Positions 27,321-41,557 of a stretch of DNA of 64,000 nt are shown piece by piece. This DNA comes from Paraspadella gotoi. Its lineage: Eukaryota > Animalia > Chaetognatha. Position numbers and translations under genes: made by a program. Within the stretch, counting starts at the first letter, position 1. Each line of letters opens with the position of its first letter. The notes beneath the pieces were generated by a model that was given only the letters and a program-made list of their open reading frames with translations, searched no databases and had not been told where the DNA came from. The stretch is taken from NCBI GenBank assembly GCA_051294375.1, contig JBJCIZ010000282.1:523079-587078 (forward strand), read 5' to 3'.

Positions 27321-30300
27321 TCCGAAGCATATGTGACAGGTGGACCTGCAGGCGGCGTCCAACCAGTCTCAAGCGATCTTCGCGCGCCATGATCCGTAGC
27401 TGATACGCCAACTCTACCGTCGAGTCGTGTTTTACAATACATTACTGAATGGCTCTGTCTAGCAGTTCGGCTGATGACATCTTTCGCAACATATAACCGG
27501 TCTTTTAAGGCGGCTTCTCAGTCATTTAATTAATTTATTCAAACTTTTCTTCTAAAACTACTTTCAGGACTTTTGTAATATTTCGTGTCCCAAAATCACT
27601 CGCTTAATATTTCTAGGACTTCTCCCCCAGTAGCACTCTGCTCGAAGTACTCGGAACTCAAAAGCCACCTCTCAATATTCTTTCGTCTAATCGAGTAGAA
27701 TCGCCGACCAAACCATTTTCTACACTAGCCGCCCGACGCGAGAAACACAAGAATCCAACGCCACGCAGAACATAATAATAATATCAGAGCTTCGAATCTT
27801 GGCATATCTATCTATGAGAAGAGCAAACGAGCATCGACGTCCTCCAAGGCCTTCACAGCTAACTTTTCTTTACTCGATAAATGGAGGACCGCGTGAATTA
27901 TCCTCTAAACTAGCCAGTCGCTGGAATCATCTCATCGCGGGAATAATGAGAATGGCTCAGCAGGAGGGTTAGTTCTCGCTGTCTCCATTGGACTGATTTT
28001 TAAAACCGATTCAAAAAAACAATTGCGCTCAGCACCCTGGAACATTTTTTTACAACTATTTGCTCTAGGCGACAGTTATTAATGAAAGCTTAGCCCCATG
28101 CCATTATTATTCCCTCCATCAAGTACTCCTAGACGACCAGACCTAGCATAATGATGCTATTAATTTTTGATAATTTAATTTTGTATTTTATAATAATTAA
28201 TTTAATCAAAATAATACTTCAAAAGTCATTCTGAAAAATTCCCAAGGATCCATCGTTGATATCCATTTGAACAAACAATGAATACAATTGACAGAGGCAG
28301 TTTTTAACACAGTAAAACGATATAAGAATTTAAAAAAAATCAATTTCTAATTACCAAACAAATAATTTTTTCAATATTACAAACTCTTATTTATAGTCTT
28401 AACAACTAATTCAATATATATTACAAAACATATAGCAAGGGTTATGAAAGCAATACAACATCATCCCTTGAATTCTTTCCAATCTATTTTTTTTTAAAAT
28501 TTGCCATTCATTGTCTTGCTTGTTTTACCAGTTCTCTACCATTCTGTGTAAACAATTAAGAAAATCGTCTCTTCGTCGTTCCAAAATCCCTTTATAAACG
28601 AATGATCTGGGCGCGTCTTGAATGTTATGGAAATAATTTAACACATTAACTTTCGAAAATTCAACTATTCTACTATGCTATCAAACAATTTACATGTTAG
28701 AGCAAGAAGAATAATGCCCCAACAGGATACTCAGGAAGAAGCTCTGTCATTATTTACTATTTCTTTATGCAAAAAACAGAATAACATTTTTCTTTAATAG
28801 GCAATTGACCCATTCTCGTCCTTTACTGACCGACGTCGGCCTAGGCAGAGTTCGTTCAAAACTAGCGATGTTCTATAACGGAGTTTCATTTTTGGCAATC
28901 ATTCTGAGGGACAACCTCAAACATGTCTTTTCATTACCTAACATGCACACACTCCAAGTGCAAAGAGTCTTCCGTTATATGACAGACATATGACCAAAGT
29001 ACGTAGGCTTCCATACTAGTGAGAAAATGTTTTTAAAATCACAAAAACGTTTGTTATACTTTTTTTAAACGGATGCCCAATTATCTCATATGAATTTTTT
29101 TGAACATTATGTTTTTTCAACAGGAATAAATTTACATTACGTACCAATTGCGGCCAACTCTGACCAAAAAAATACATGAAAAAGCCCCCGGTCGTCACAC
29201 GAACAAAATTGCTACATTCTTTCATCAATATCTTTTAAAAGGAAATTGATTTGACCTATACAGGATCGAAGATAACCCACAGTCACCTGCAGTGTCTACG
29301 TAGAGCTGAAACCATCAGAACTACTATGGGGCCTGTCAAGCACTACCCTCCCATCTTATCCCATAATTAAAGTTGATTTTTTCTGACAAGTCGTCCAATG
29401 TTCTCGCTCTTTATACAATCCTATATCTTAGCCGCTACGTTTGCACCTACGAATTTTAAAAATGCATTAATTTTAAAACAATCCATAGCTCTATGGCTGC
29501 TCAAGACTTTATTACCAAAGACGCAAAGATTATCCACTCCATCTTGGTATAATCCGACAGATAATAGAGTCTTTGTTTTCAGCCTATTAAATCGAGAATG
29601 TTGCTCTAAAAAGAGAGACACGTATACTGGTATAAAAGAGACTTAATAATCTGTCTTCTCACATATGTAAAAAGAAATTACCTTACCCTTACAATAAGTC
29701 TATTTAATCTTAATTGAATATGGGAACTACGCTGTTCACAAAAACGAGGAAGGGGAATTCAGCACTTTCTTACGAAGGTTAAATAAAAAAATGGTACATA
29801 TCTGATCAATACTTTGCTCCAAACTTGTTAATAATATAAATCACTTGTTCGTCTTCTTCTCTTTCTTATCCTTTATATACAAAAATTTTTGTTTAAAGAA
29901 ATCTTAAAACGTAGTATTGATCGAGTCAGACAGACCTATTAAAGAATAACTTAAATATGAAGCCTCGCGCGGAAAACAATACGAAATGCACTAATGATAT
30001 GCGATTCAGTGAACCCGAATATTATCACCCTCTATCGGTAGACAGTTGATTATTGTGCGATGATAACACATACTAATCTGATCGCATGGCAATCATAAAA
30101 ACAGTATCTTGATGCGGATGAGTAACCAATAATGACTTGCATGTCTGAGCAACAAACGTAATATTTTGTGTCTAGTGACAGAGCCCACCGTCTCAACGTA
30201 TCATGCAGTTCCCTGCAGCGACACGTGCTTGACTCGGCTCGTAGGTTAAAGACGCCTCGATCGCTCTCATAAACTTGCTAGCCCGACTCACCAGCTTAGA

Positions 30301-31934
30301 ACCCCTGGACTTTTTTCTTAGGACGCCGAATGACGCTGCGCTCCCGGCAACCATATGCCCGCTGCCGGATTGACACGGCTTGCGCCGTGGATTCTTAGCT
30401 CCAATACATACCGCGGTATTAACCCTAATATCAAAGTTTATCGAATGCGTCTGTCGACTCTTGATAACAAAACATCGATTTATCAATCATTATGTCTGCG
30501 CCTGCGTTAACCAGATGGTCACTTGATTACCGTCTTGTGAACAAGAGCAGTAAACGTCACTGTCTGCCATCCTTCTGCTATCAACAACAACAATAATGCT
30601 TCACAAAAACACAATTGGAAACAAAACATTTTCTCGGCAAACCGCCTTCTCAGTTCACAAAAAAAGCCAGCGGCTACTGTGGTGCAGATACTTTTCACAC
30701 CGCCTTCAGGTCACGAAAGTTCGTCTCACCCGACATACGCATTGTCTCACGAAGGCGGGAACACTACCCTATCCCAGGGTCGGTTCATATCGTACTCCAT
30801 CCTTACGCCGCAGTCCTCCTACGACCTTCCGCCTCTGCTCCGATTCGGCCATCACGTCCGTGAGACCCTCCTGACCGGCCTAACCCGTGCCATACCGGTC
30901 ACCGCTGACAGATGCGCTCACTGACGGATTGGAACCCAAACGCCAAACAGCTAGACAAATCTGTCACCCCATTCCCAAGCTCCGTGCCACTATCAAGGCA
31001 ACCCGGCATGTTCGCCACATCCTAGCTTACCCTCAAATTTCTCATAATCGGCATGAAAGCCTTCTGCCTAACTCACATATCCAAATAACTCACATATCCA
31101 CCAGCATCACGCATTCACATTTCGAGCCAATCGTATCTATCTCGTCGTCGTGTCCATCCCGGACACGAACAAGAAACCCACCAACACGACACAACAAGAC
31201 TATATTCATTTCATCGCCTCTGCGGCATATAAGACGCTTTTTACCGGGACGGCCCTAGAAGTATTATGAGTGTCGGAACTGCGATCGAGGAATCAACTAG
31301 ACCATCTTATTGGCTGATCTACCAGGACTATCGTAGACTGAAAAGATAGCGTATCGATTAAGGAGTACCGAAACAACAAAATTCTTGCTTATTAGTCTGT
31401 GGGGACAGTCATCAATTAATACAAATCATTTATAGCAAGGTAATTTCTTGATAAAACTCATCAATGTGTCAAATTTTACAAACAATTCTTATTTAACAAG
31501 TGTTCTGATCTCTTCATTAACAAAGTTACGACTCAAAAATTTATCAATAATCTTCAGCCGATCAAAAACTGGACACTAAAAGGTTGTTAAATATTCCCAC
31601 GTTTTACCTACTTCATCAGCTTTCAGAAACTCATTTCACTTGCTGAAACGTTCTATGAGCTCCAATTTTCGCCACGCTCTTACCTAAAAATGCATCACCT
31701 ACATCGACACCCCCCACCTCCCTCTCACTTTTTTCACAAAAGATTTTATAGCGACTCAGTACGATAAAAAAACTTCATTCAATGATCATGTTTTTGCAAT
31801 TGTTTTTTTCCTCGAAACCAAAGGGGTCAACGTTTATTAGTAATACATCTACCCACTATTAACAAAGGCAGCAAACAAGAACATTTGTGTTCCACAATCG
31901 GCCTCAGCACTCCCCTCACTAGAAGAAGACTTCA

Positions 31935-33266
31935 ATTCTGAAAGACGAAAAAGGCCGGGCAACCGACGGAGACGGCCGAGAGTCTGACCAACTGCGACCG
32001 AATTTGCGCCGATGCACCGAGACAACAAGACTGGACCGGAACCCTCTTCTCTCCAACTCCTCCCTTCTTTACCCTCTCTCCTCCTCTTTCATTCCCTCTC
32101 TTCTTTATCGTCGTCTGCTCCATACCTCTATCCCAACTTTCACCTTGGAGCCGAGACCATTGTTTTTTTTTATTTCTTGTAAGAACCAGATTTTTTGTGG
32201 GGGGTTGTACGTCTAGATTCACTCGGATACCATCACTCCTGACAACAACTACTTCTTCTTACAAACCATACTCTACCCTAAGCGCATTTTTACCTTACGG
32301 ATTCATTGTCATACAGATTTTCCACTTCCCTGAATATCCTCGGATACACTATTGAATCATCATTTGGATTTGCAATACCTCTTATTGTGCTTTTCTCGGG
32401 TACAGGTTGGGGTGGTGGTTTTTTGTTTTTTTTGATCCTTCGTGGTGGTTTATTCCCTCACATTTTGACCTTACACATTTATTTAACATTTTTATTACTT
32501 TCGTCGGCTTAACTTCTTTACGGACTCTGCGCTCAGCGTTCAGCCTTACACTTAAATCACCGTCCTGGGACCGTATCATTTACAGTACAGATAAGTTGCG
32601 ACCACAGTGAAGCACATCTTCACTTCAAAGAGATCACAGCCCTTCTTACGAGATGCCACAACATTCTGCTACAGTACAAGATGCATCAAGTAATACATCC
32701 GCTCTCTCGGACGACAAGGGCTAGAGCTTGGTTTGTGACTTGTTTTGCTGGGATCTGAAACTTAATCTTTGTTTTCCAAGAGCTTAGACAAGCGCAACAC
32801 TTTGAACCACCGGAACAGCAACCAGCTCAAATCCAAAAGCGTCTGGTCTTGATCTTCATCGCGTGCCACACTACTAACTTGCATATGAGGTTGATCTGCA
32901 CTAATTAGATCTGATTGGCACAGTCTTAGGCGCCTACTACATTGACCCGATTGAACGTTTATTATTGATTTAACCGTACTTGCCTATACACCATTCCTTC
33001 CCTTCGAGTAGCTGATTCCATCGGTTACTTGAATTCATTATCGACTGAAATTTATTGATTGCGATAATTAATTGTCTATTTTGTCTTCTTTGTTGCCAGT
33101 TCCCTTCTCGCCTGATCTAATCAGTTCTACTAGGCCGAGTATTCAAATTCCACTCATTTTCATCATTAAACGAACAAAATTTTGTGATGCACGAGCTGTG
33201 AATTCGTGCGTCACAGACATACTTCTCGAATGTTTGACGAGAGCTTGAACATTCCGCCTAGTTAGT
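31935..33266 (+). mobile_element. Degenerate BEL/Pao LTR plus 5' UTR copy
   Basis: Matches 11010-11090 and 11940-12830 (tagattcact, gataagttgcgac, ctacagta, ttcaaattc.cactcattt). Confidence 0.75.
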
Positions 33267-33489
33267 NNNNNNNNNNNNNNNNNNNNNNNNNAATAACAAT
33301 TAATCAATCATAAATTCATCGAATAATCAATAACGAAATCAGCTAATCGAATCAATACATTAATCAATAAATTCAATCGGTCAATTAGCNNNNNNNNNNN
33401 NNNNNNNNNNNNNNNNNNNNNNNNNNNNNNNNNNNNNNNNNNNNNNNNNNNNNNNNNNNNNNNNNNNNNNNNNNNNNNNNNNNNNNNNN

Positions 33490-33879
33490 TAGCAATTAGC
33501 CCCGCTGATATTCTCTATCCTGGCGTAGACTGATTCACGACCAGTAGTCATTCCACCCGAGTCATGGTCAGGTGATGACCCCAGGTCAGAATGGAAAAAA
33601 TCACGAGGACTGGTTGATGAATTTTGGAAAAGATGGAGAGACGATTACATTTTTACTCTCCAAGCTAGAGAAAAATGGCAGAAAACTGAACCGAATGTTA
33701 AAATTGATCAATTAGTTTTGATTGTTGATGAAAATCTACCGAGAGATGAATGGAAACTCGGTAGAATTGAACGAGTGGATGATGAATCAGGTCACGTGAG
33801 AAGAGTGATGATTAGAACTGCTAATAATAAATATTTTGAACGTGACAGAAACAAGATAGTATTACTAGAATGTGATTGA
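33490..33879 (+). pseudogene. pol: BEL/Pao pol C-terminus (DUF5641-type)
   Basis: Translates FWKRWRDDYIFTLQAREKWQKTEPNV..WKLGRIERV..RDRNKIVLLECD-stop. Near-identical to 18910-19290. Confidence 0.9.
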
Positions 33880-34294
33880 TATTTGATGTTCATTTATTTA
33901 ACAAAGTAAAATCATAAACGATTAAGTTTGAATGAAAAGATTAAAAGAATGGGAAATCTCGACAAAAAGGAAAACAAAATATTTAAAATCATAAAACTAG
34001 CATATTTATCAGAATCTAAATTAACAAATAAAACTTAAGATTCTAGTTAACGACTAGACTCATATATAATAAACAACATACAACTAAATCCGTATTACTT
34101 AATTACCACTAAATATTAAAAAATAAAAGCCATTTTTTTATCCTAAAGACATTGCTAAAAATATATGATAACCACTAATCCTTGTCACTTTGTTTATTTT
34201 CCATGTGAATGTACAACTGCAAACGATCAACATCTGGCGTCGGAACCCGTCGATCAACCCGACCTCAGGGTCATGGGAATGTCAGCGGCAACCA

Positions 34295-34825
34295 GCCAGA
34301 AGAGAAAAAGCCGAGACCAGACGGAGACGGCCAGATCTGACCCATTACCGAACGAGTTAGCCGATCGACGACGGACAGGACTGACCTGACTCTTTCCTCC
34401 ACACTCTTTTCCTCTCCCTCATCTCTCTTTCTCTCTCCTCTCTCTCTCCAAAACTTACTTGGACGCAGATCAAACAAAGACAGATTTAGATTCACTGAAT
34501 CACTCTAAGACGACGAAACCTACTTTCTTACAGAAGTTTTCTACTTAACGGTTTTACCTGAAGATATCTTCTACAATTTTAAATTGGATTCCTCTACGCA
34601 TTTATTGATCTCAATCGTCGATTATGATCTCGATTTTCTATAACTGATTTATGTCTACATTTTATTACATTATATTTTACATTATTCCCGCAATTTCTTC
34701 TTTTCGACTTGTTGAGCTCAGTTTACTAGAAACGTTTTGGATACCTTTTCGTCAGATAAGTTGCGAACCAAGTGGACCGCATTCCTCACCTCAAAGAGGC
34801 GTAAGAGAGGCCAAGCTTCTCTACA
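34295..34825 (+). mobile_element. BEL/Pao LTR (5' part missing) between a pol end and a new gag
   Basis: Matches the reverse complement of 7058-7580 and ends CTCTACA. Confidence 0.8.
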
Positions 34826-35394
34826 GTAGAAAAGTCATATACATCGCTTCCGGAAAGTGAGTTGGTTGTTGTGATTGTTTTTTGCAGTTGAACTAAACTT
34901 TGTTTTTCCAAGCTTGACACACGGAAACCCTTTGAACCGGAAAACCATCAATTCCCAAAAAAGGGGGTTGAGTCTGATCGCATGGATGATTTGATTGATT
35001 GATTATTGATTAGCATTAAACATGACCAATTGAATTTATTGATGTAACTTGTATTGATTTATTGATCTCGATAGACTATATGTTATTGATGTCGTGTATC
35101 GCATTGATTATAATGAACTTATGATTATTAATTGTCATTTTGTTTGCTTTGGTGCCGTCCCTCTCTGTTCAAGTTTACTTAGGAAGATATTTCAAATTCA
35201 CTTCATTTTTTAATGAAAAAATTTTGTGATCAAATTTTAGGTCTAAAGGAATTTTTTATATTTTACGCAATAAACGTTTCCCGTCTTAAGTAACTTCTGC
35301 AATTTGATCATATACTGATTGACTGATTGATTCGCAAAACTTCCCCTTGAGCTTCTCTTTAAATTTGAAATTTTTTCTTATTTCATATTGAACG

Positions 35395-37440
35395 AGTTGT
35401 CTTTCGCTTGAACTCGAGCGGGAGTACGCGCGCCAAGCCATCAACAGGCATGATTTGCACTCCCAAAGCGCATACATCGCATGCCGTTGGCACCCCTTTG
35501 CGGGATTGATCTATCGATTGCCCGACAACCGGAACACTCCTGATGCCATCGCTACTGTTGAAGAGATGAAATTCACTGGTCAACCAAAATATTGGCCAAA
35601 TCAGGATACTTCAAGGCTAGCTATCCCAAAGGATCGATCCACGCGCGCGGGACGGCCTAGCCGACGCGCTTACAGGACTTCCTTGCACTTCGCAGGTCCC
35701 GATGGCATAAGGAGCCCCTGTCATACCATGGACTCCCGCCATCGATCACCCGGCACATCCGACTGCCCGTCGAACGTACCCACCTCCTCAAGAGAGCTTA
35801 AATGCATGCAATAGCCAGTGCGAGCAAGTGAAGTGGATGATGCTCGATACCTGACGGCACTAGAAAATCAAGTAGCATGATGCCACTGACGAAGCTGACC
35901 GGCGGTTGTATTGTATGGATATTTTGACATGCCATTCAATGATATTCAACCGAATGATCGTCTTCTGGAAGCATGACGGATTCCGGCCAGCCGAATATGA
36001 GATTACAACGGCTCCCATCCAGACAGAGATGTCATGCGGACGACCAAACGTTCCGTAAAACTTTGAAACAAGGGCACAAGAGTAACTTCTCATCAAGGAA
36101 GAAAAGAAGAAACAAGAAGAAATGATAAACCAGGAAATCGAAAAAGAAAGGAGAAATGGAAAAAGAGATGCGAAAAAGAGACTGCTCCAGATGAATGAAA
36201 TCAGAACAAGGCTATGAAAAATATCAACGAAAGAAATTGAAGAAAAGCTCAATTGTATAATGAGCTTGATACCCGTGCTTGGCGGTACAACGCAACTAAC
36301 AAGCCACCATCAAAAAGGAATGCCGGCATTTCCTCTTCAGAGAATGATTTGAGAAATGAAGTGAATGAATTGCAAAAGACATGATTAGGGACATTTTTGC
36401 AAGGTCAGTCTATCATGTGCAGAAAACGACCTTCAACAGACAAGATCCACCCAAGACAGCAGCCATCACCCAAATACAGATTACTGCATCAATCATGAGT
36501 CGAAATAAAGAAACAGGAAAAGAAGATTTGCCAGATTGGAAAGCATCAGTCAAGGAAGCTTACCAAACAACTGGAAAGAGAAAGCGAACATAAGAATAAA
36601 TTGTGGGTACTACAAAATGAATCTGCCTCCAATCATCCAACTGCTGCTTCCAAACCACTGCTGCCGCACCTCCTCCGGCTCCAACACCAACTACAGCAGC
36701 AACCCCTTTAGATGCTCCAATATGGGACTTATGCGACTCAAGCACAGAAGATAAGAAAAGATCACCTACGAAAAAGGCGGCCCTACGCCGAAGCAACAAA
36801 GAGAAACTAAGGTTCACCTATGGATAAACGCCGCCATCGACGTCAACGACGGCATCTAGAACGTCAACGGCGGGGGGTAACAATGAATGTTCAAAGTCCT
36901 CTCAAGCGATCCAACCCAGGATCACCACAGCACTCGCGTGCCATCTCGAAAGTGTTGAATGTTGAAGAGACGATTTGTGTTTTGAATCAATATTAGCGAT
37001 ATAATTGATAGGATTTGTCCCTTTGTAATGAATGGCCATTGCCTAGAAACCTCAGACTTTAAGAAACTTTCATAAGGATGGAAAGAATGATGTAATGAAA
37101 GAAATGGTTGTGCGTGTGTGGATGGTTTAGGAAAAGAACCAACATAGCAAAAACAATGCACGTCACCTAGAGAGGCTTGTCATTGGTCTGCTATCGCAGC
37201 CTCATCATCACCTATTAGCATGCTACGCGTTTCACTGCAGCTTTTACCCGACGGCAGAGACCCAATAAAACGTATGCCAGAGTGGTTGCAACACTCACCA
37301 ATACTCGCACACCTTCAAATAGGCCACCACCAAGGAACAAAACCTCAACATTGACGCCGCTTCACTGCTGCTGCAACGGACTCCACCGTCGCCAATTCAC
37401 CTCCGTAACGACGATCGGACTACAGAGCCTCGCAGCATGT
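35395..37440 (+). pseudogene. gag: BEL/Pao gag, third copy, degraded, with its middle replaced
   Basis: 35395-36380 matches 12930-13800. 36830-37440 matches 14810-15385, including the knuckle region. Confidence 0.75.
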
Positions 37441-38899
37441 TGATGTAAATGATTTCTCTTTACAGCCGGAATCTGGGATCAGGATATTTGGCAAATGTAT
37501 ACCTTGCATTTAATTTCAGATTTTACTAACACGTATTGCGCAGACAGTTGCAAAGAAAAATGTGAGAGAAAAGATAAAGGAAAATGCCTTGCAAGTATAA
37601 ACAAGGAGAATACTATGATATTGATTTTCTGTTTTAAAGTATTTTGTTTAACTATTACTTATAGTTGATATTGGATTACCCACATATTTCATCTGGTTTG
37701 TTATAATAACATTATTCTTACTTATTGTCATTCATTATTTTTAGATACTTGTAGGTAGCCCAAATTAGAAAAAAAAGGACTGTAGGAGTAGGTGCATTTG
37801 GCATGCTCCGTCCAGCGTCGTGCATACAAATCACGAATCGACCTGTCATCCGCGCGCGAGAGATAAATGTCTGCCCGCGGTTCCATCACCCGCGCGAACT
37901 AGACATTTCAGGATATGAGAGAGAGAGAGAGAGAGATAGAATATACCGATGTCTGTTCCATCTCGGCGCGAACAGACATTCGGAACCAACGATTGTATTA
38001 TTTTTTTGCGGCTTAAAGCCATGGTGCCTTTATATTCTTTCAAAACTCGTCAACTCGTTGACAGCTCATAGCCAGAGGCAATGTTTACCTCCCGTCACAA
38101 TTCGTCAACCAACTTGTCATTTCTTAGCTAGAGGCAATGTTTACCTTCACGAATATGCGGGTTCCCCCGGCTATCTTATTCCATAGTTAACTGACATCAA
38201 GAGAACACATTTTTGATAAATATTTTTATTAATCAAACATAGGTTTCTACATCTAACAAAGAAATGAAACTACAACATTGTTACGGACATCGGGAAATAA
38301 CCTAGAAACTAACCTACAAATTTTATTTTTGCACGCGCATGACAATAACACAATAGAGAGAGAACAATAAACACGATCAAAATTATGAGTGCAATCTCCA
38401 TCTCGTGTCCGGATGGACGAGCGCGATGATCCCCACCGACCGTTGCACCGGATAATATTTAAAACGATAAACATAATATGTCTAAATTTATCTTTTAACG
38501 GTAAATATATTTTTATTACTCACGTGCTCGCGATTGGATTCGCGCTAGTCTCAAAATAATATTTTTTAATAGCCATTTTTTCCGTAATCGCCTTTTTAAA
38601 TTTCAAATTTTTAAATTTTTACAAAAATCTCGATCTAAAACTCGTGCCAAAAAAGTTAAAATATATTATCCAGACACGAGAGAGAGAGAGAGAGAGACCC
38701 GAACGACAGCGGAGAGAGAGAGAGAGAGATCAATCAACCGCTTCGTACGTGGGGAAAGCGACGGGAGTCAAATAACGCTCCCCCCGTCGTCTTCACCCCA
38801 GCGCCGCGCTATTCTACGCGGCAACTCGTCGTCTCAGAGACTCCGAACCTTATATTATCAGAGACCTACAGAGAGGACACAGACATAGAGATTTAGAGA

Positions 38900-40470
38900 T
38901 AACGAACGATGGGCGGGACCGCGAAACCCGCATGGCGGGCGAGGTTCGTTGCTAATCTACCCTTTTTCTCTTTTGTCCCAATAATTGATTACGTTTTCAT
39001 TTTTTTACCAGCTGGACTGATTAAATACTTGCGATCAACAGTCGACTTTGGCGAACTAGCGCGGGACCTACGATCACCCTGTCCTGGGTGGTCGTAGGTT
39101 TATTCTACTACGATTCGCGGGTGGGCGGGGTGGGACGTCGTCCCTCGAGGCGTCGACACTCCTCCCCCCTTGCCAGGGTCGGCGCGGCGCGTCGATCGGG
39201 GCGAGGACTCTCCGGTCGCGTGGGGCGTCTCCCGCGATGAGTAGATTCGCCCTACACCATCGATTGCGCGGCGGGTGTAGGTCCCATTTAGCGGCGGCCA
39301 TCATACGCTGCCAATCTTTTGTACACCGCGCTCAATTCCGCTCCCACTGATGGGGGAGAAACATTTAATGGCGAACTGGAGAGGGTGGCGAGAGAGGCGA
39401 GGAGGATCTTGTGAGTTGGGGGACGGATTGCGGGGGAAGCGCNNNNNNNNNNNNNNNNNNNNNNNNNGAGAACGACGATCAGTACGACTGTCGGCGATCG
39501 AAACGCGGACCAGTGGGCTCGATCGGAAACGCGGACCGCACGGACGACTCGAGTTGGCCCAGCCGCCCGACGTGACGCCGATGGCGCCTGCCGGGGCCCG
39601 TCGACGAGTGCCGCTCCGCACAGCGCAGTACCGCCGGGCGGGAACGACCACGATGCCATTGACGACGGTCGATGAGTGCCGCTTCATGACGACGACGATT
39701 GCCGCATAAACGGACGAACAATGGTGCGACGGATGACGACCCGACGATCGACCTGAACGACGCCGGCGTGGAGGGCGCGTAAATGGGGACTGAGCGGCAA
39801 CCCCTGGAGGCATTCGCTCCAATTGCGAACTAAAGGTAAAAAATATTTGCGGGTCTCGCGGTTCTTTAGGGCGAGTTCGTTATGATCCGAAAAAAACTTT
39901 TATGGCATCGGGGACAGATGGTGGGGTCGACGATGGGCGGGACACGCGAAAACCCCGATGAGGGCGAGGTAATGCGATGTGCTAATAACCAATTTTTCTC
40001 TTGTTGTCCAAAATTGATTACGTTTTAATTTTTTACAGCTGGATGATAAATTCTCCGTCAGAAGTCGACTTTGCGAACTACGCGGGACCTACGATCACCT
40101 GTCCTGGTGGTCGTTAGGTTTATTCTACATAGTTCGACGGGTGAGGCGGGGTGGGCACGTCGTCCCTCGAGGCGTCCGACCTCCTCCCCCCTTGCACAGG
40201 GTCGGCGCGGCGAGATCGATCGAGGGCGAGGACTCTTCCCGGGTCGCGCTGCGGCGTCTCCCGCGATGAGAGATTCGCCCTACACCATTAGATTGCGCGG
40301 CGGGTGTAGGATCAACCATTGCGGCGGCATAATACGCGCCAAAATTCATTTTGTACACCGCGCTCAAATTCACGCTCCAACACTGATGGGGGAGAAACAT
40401 TTATGGCGAACTGCGAGAGGGTGGCGAGAGAGCGAGGAGGATCTTGTGAGTTGGGACGGATGGGTTCTCA
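38900..40470. repeat. Tandem GC-rich unit of about 1.03 kb (1.5 copies)
   Basis: cgatgggcgggac..cgcgaaa at about 38907 and 39931. aggaggatcttgtgagttggg at about 39400 and 40435. Confidence 0.85.
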
Positions 40471-41557
40471 CCATCGTCATCCCTTGAGAGGCGTTGGCCT
40501 TCGCCCGCGCCAATTCAAAAACTCGCTTAAAAAAAGCGTCCCAATCAATGACCAGTGCCATTGGCTCGATGGTCAAAAACGCCGGCTTGGAAGCCGACGG
40601 GGTCCCCCTCGACGTTGGGGTGATGATGGCCGGCGGCTCGGTGTAGTATTCGCCGTAATAATAATAGTCATTCTGGATGACCGGCCGAGCGAGGGTCAGC
40701 GCAAAAAAACACGTTACGAAGTAAATGGGAAACTTGACGTGGACGAGAACGCGATAAGGATCTTCATCGGCCTTTCTTCTTTCGAACGGGATCACTTTGA
40801 GCAACAAACTAAATGTTGATGAGGTACGCCAAAATTTAAAAAAATTTGAGTATAGTAAAAGGGCATTGCAAAATTGTAATTGAAGCGTCATTGCCAATTT
40901 GCCATTGGCATTTTCGTCCGCGCTTTTCATGTCGTAATTTGTAGTGTCACTAAATATCCTCGTCTCTTTGACCGTTTGACCTTTCGTGTCTACGTACTGA
41001 TATTCGTAACTTCCCCCTATTTTACTCTTTCCAAGTATCAGTTCGTTGTCGACCGTTGGAGAATTGTCATTGCCCATGGTAAACAATATGGGACCGTTGA
41101 TAGATATGGTAACAAATTCATCCTTTAACTTGTAGTGAATTTTTCTGTCGTTGTTATTGTAAGAAAAAACCTTTTTAAGACGAGGGATTTGAGAGGCGAT
41201 CAACTCGTTGAGAGTCACGCAAAGATGCTCCCCCGTCTTAAAATTCCCTTCCTGTACTTTTACGTCGTAAAATCGACCCCACGTGGCTATTGGAACGACT
41301 GGGTTGTCCGATACTTTGTAGAGAAAATCAAAAAGGGTTAGATAATTTTCATCCGGGTTGTGAGGATTCAATATAGAATTAACGTATGAAAATTCTAAAA
41401 GAGCGCATTCCCAGTTTCCGCCAGTTAATTGGACGGGGTCTGGCAATTTATTCATAAAATCCCCGCTTTTGTTATCCGCAAAAAATTTTCCCTCGTCGAC
41501 GTCAGAAGAGATCATGACGTAAAAATCGTCCTCCCCGCCCAAGAAGGTCGTCGACAT
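40370..41557 (-). CDS. Polinton minor capsid protein (penton); the C-terminal about 100 aa probably read into unrelated repeat DNA
   Basis: The N-terminal FYVMISSD..FFADN..DFMNKLPDPVQLTGGNWECALLEFSY matches the Polinton/adintovirus penton consensus FYxxLPSN..FPxN..FxxxLP..xLxGxWEVALxExxY. The late LLLYSN..LLKVIP..PIY motif is also present. Confidence 0.85.
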   Translation of the reverse strand: MSTTFLGGEDDFYVMISSDVDEGKFFADNKSGDFMNKLPDPVQLTGGNWECALLEFSYVNSILNPHNPDENYLTLFDFLYKVSDNPVVPIATWGRFYDVKVQEGNFKTGEHLCVTLNELIASQIPRLKKVFSYNNNDRKIHYKLKDEFVTISINGPILFTMGNDNSPTVDNELILGKSKIGGSYEYQYVDTKGQTVKETRIFSDTTNYDMKSADENANGKLAMTLQLQFCNALLLYSNFFKFWRTSSTFSLLLKVIPFERRKADEDPYRVLVHVKFPIYFVTCFFALTLARPVIQNDYYYYGEYYTEPPAIITPTSRGTPSASKPAFLTIEPMALVIDWDAFFKRVFELARAKANASQGMTMVRTHPSQLTRSSSLSRHPLAVRHKCFSPISVGA

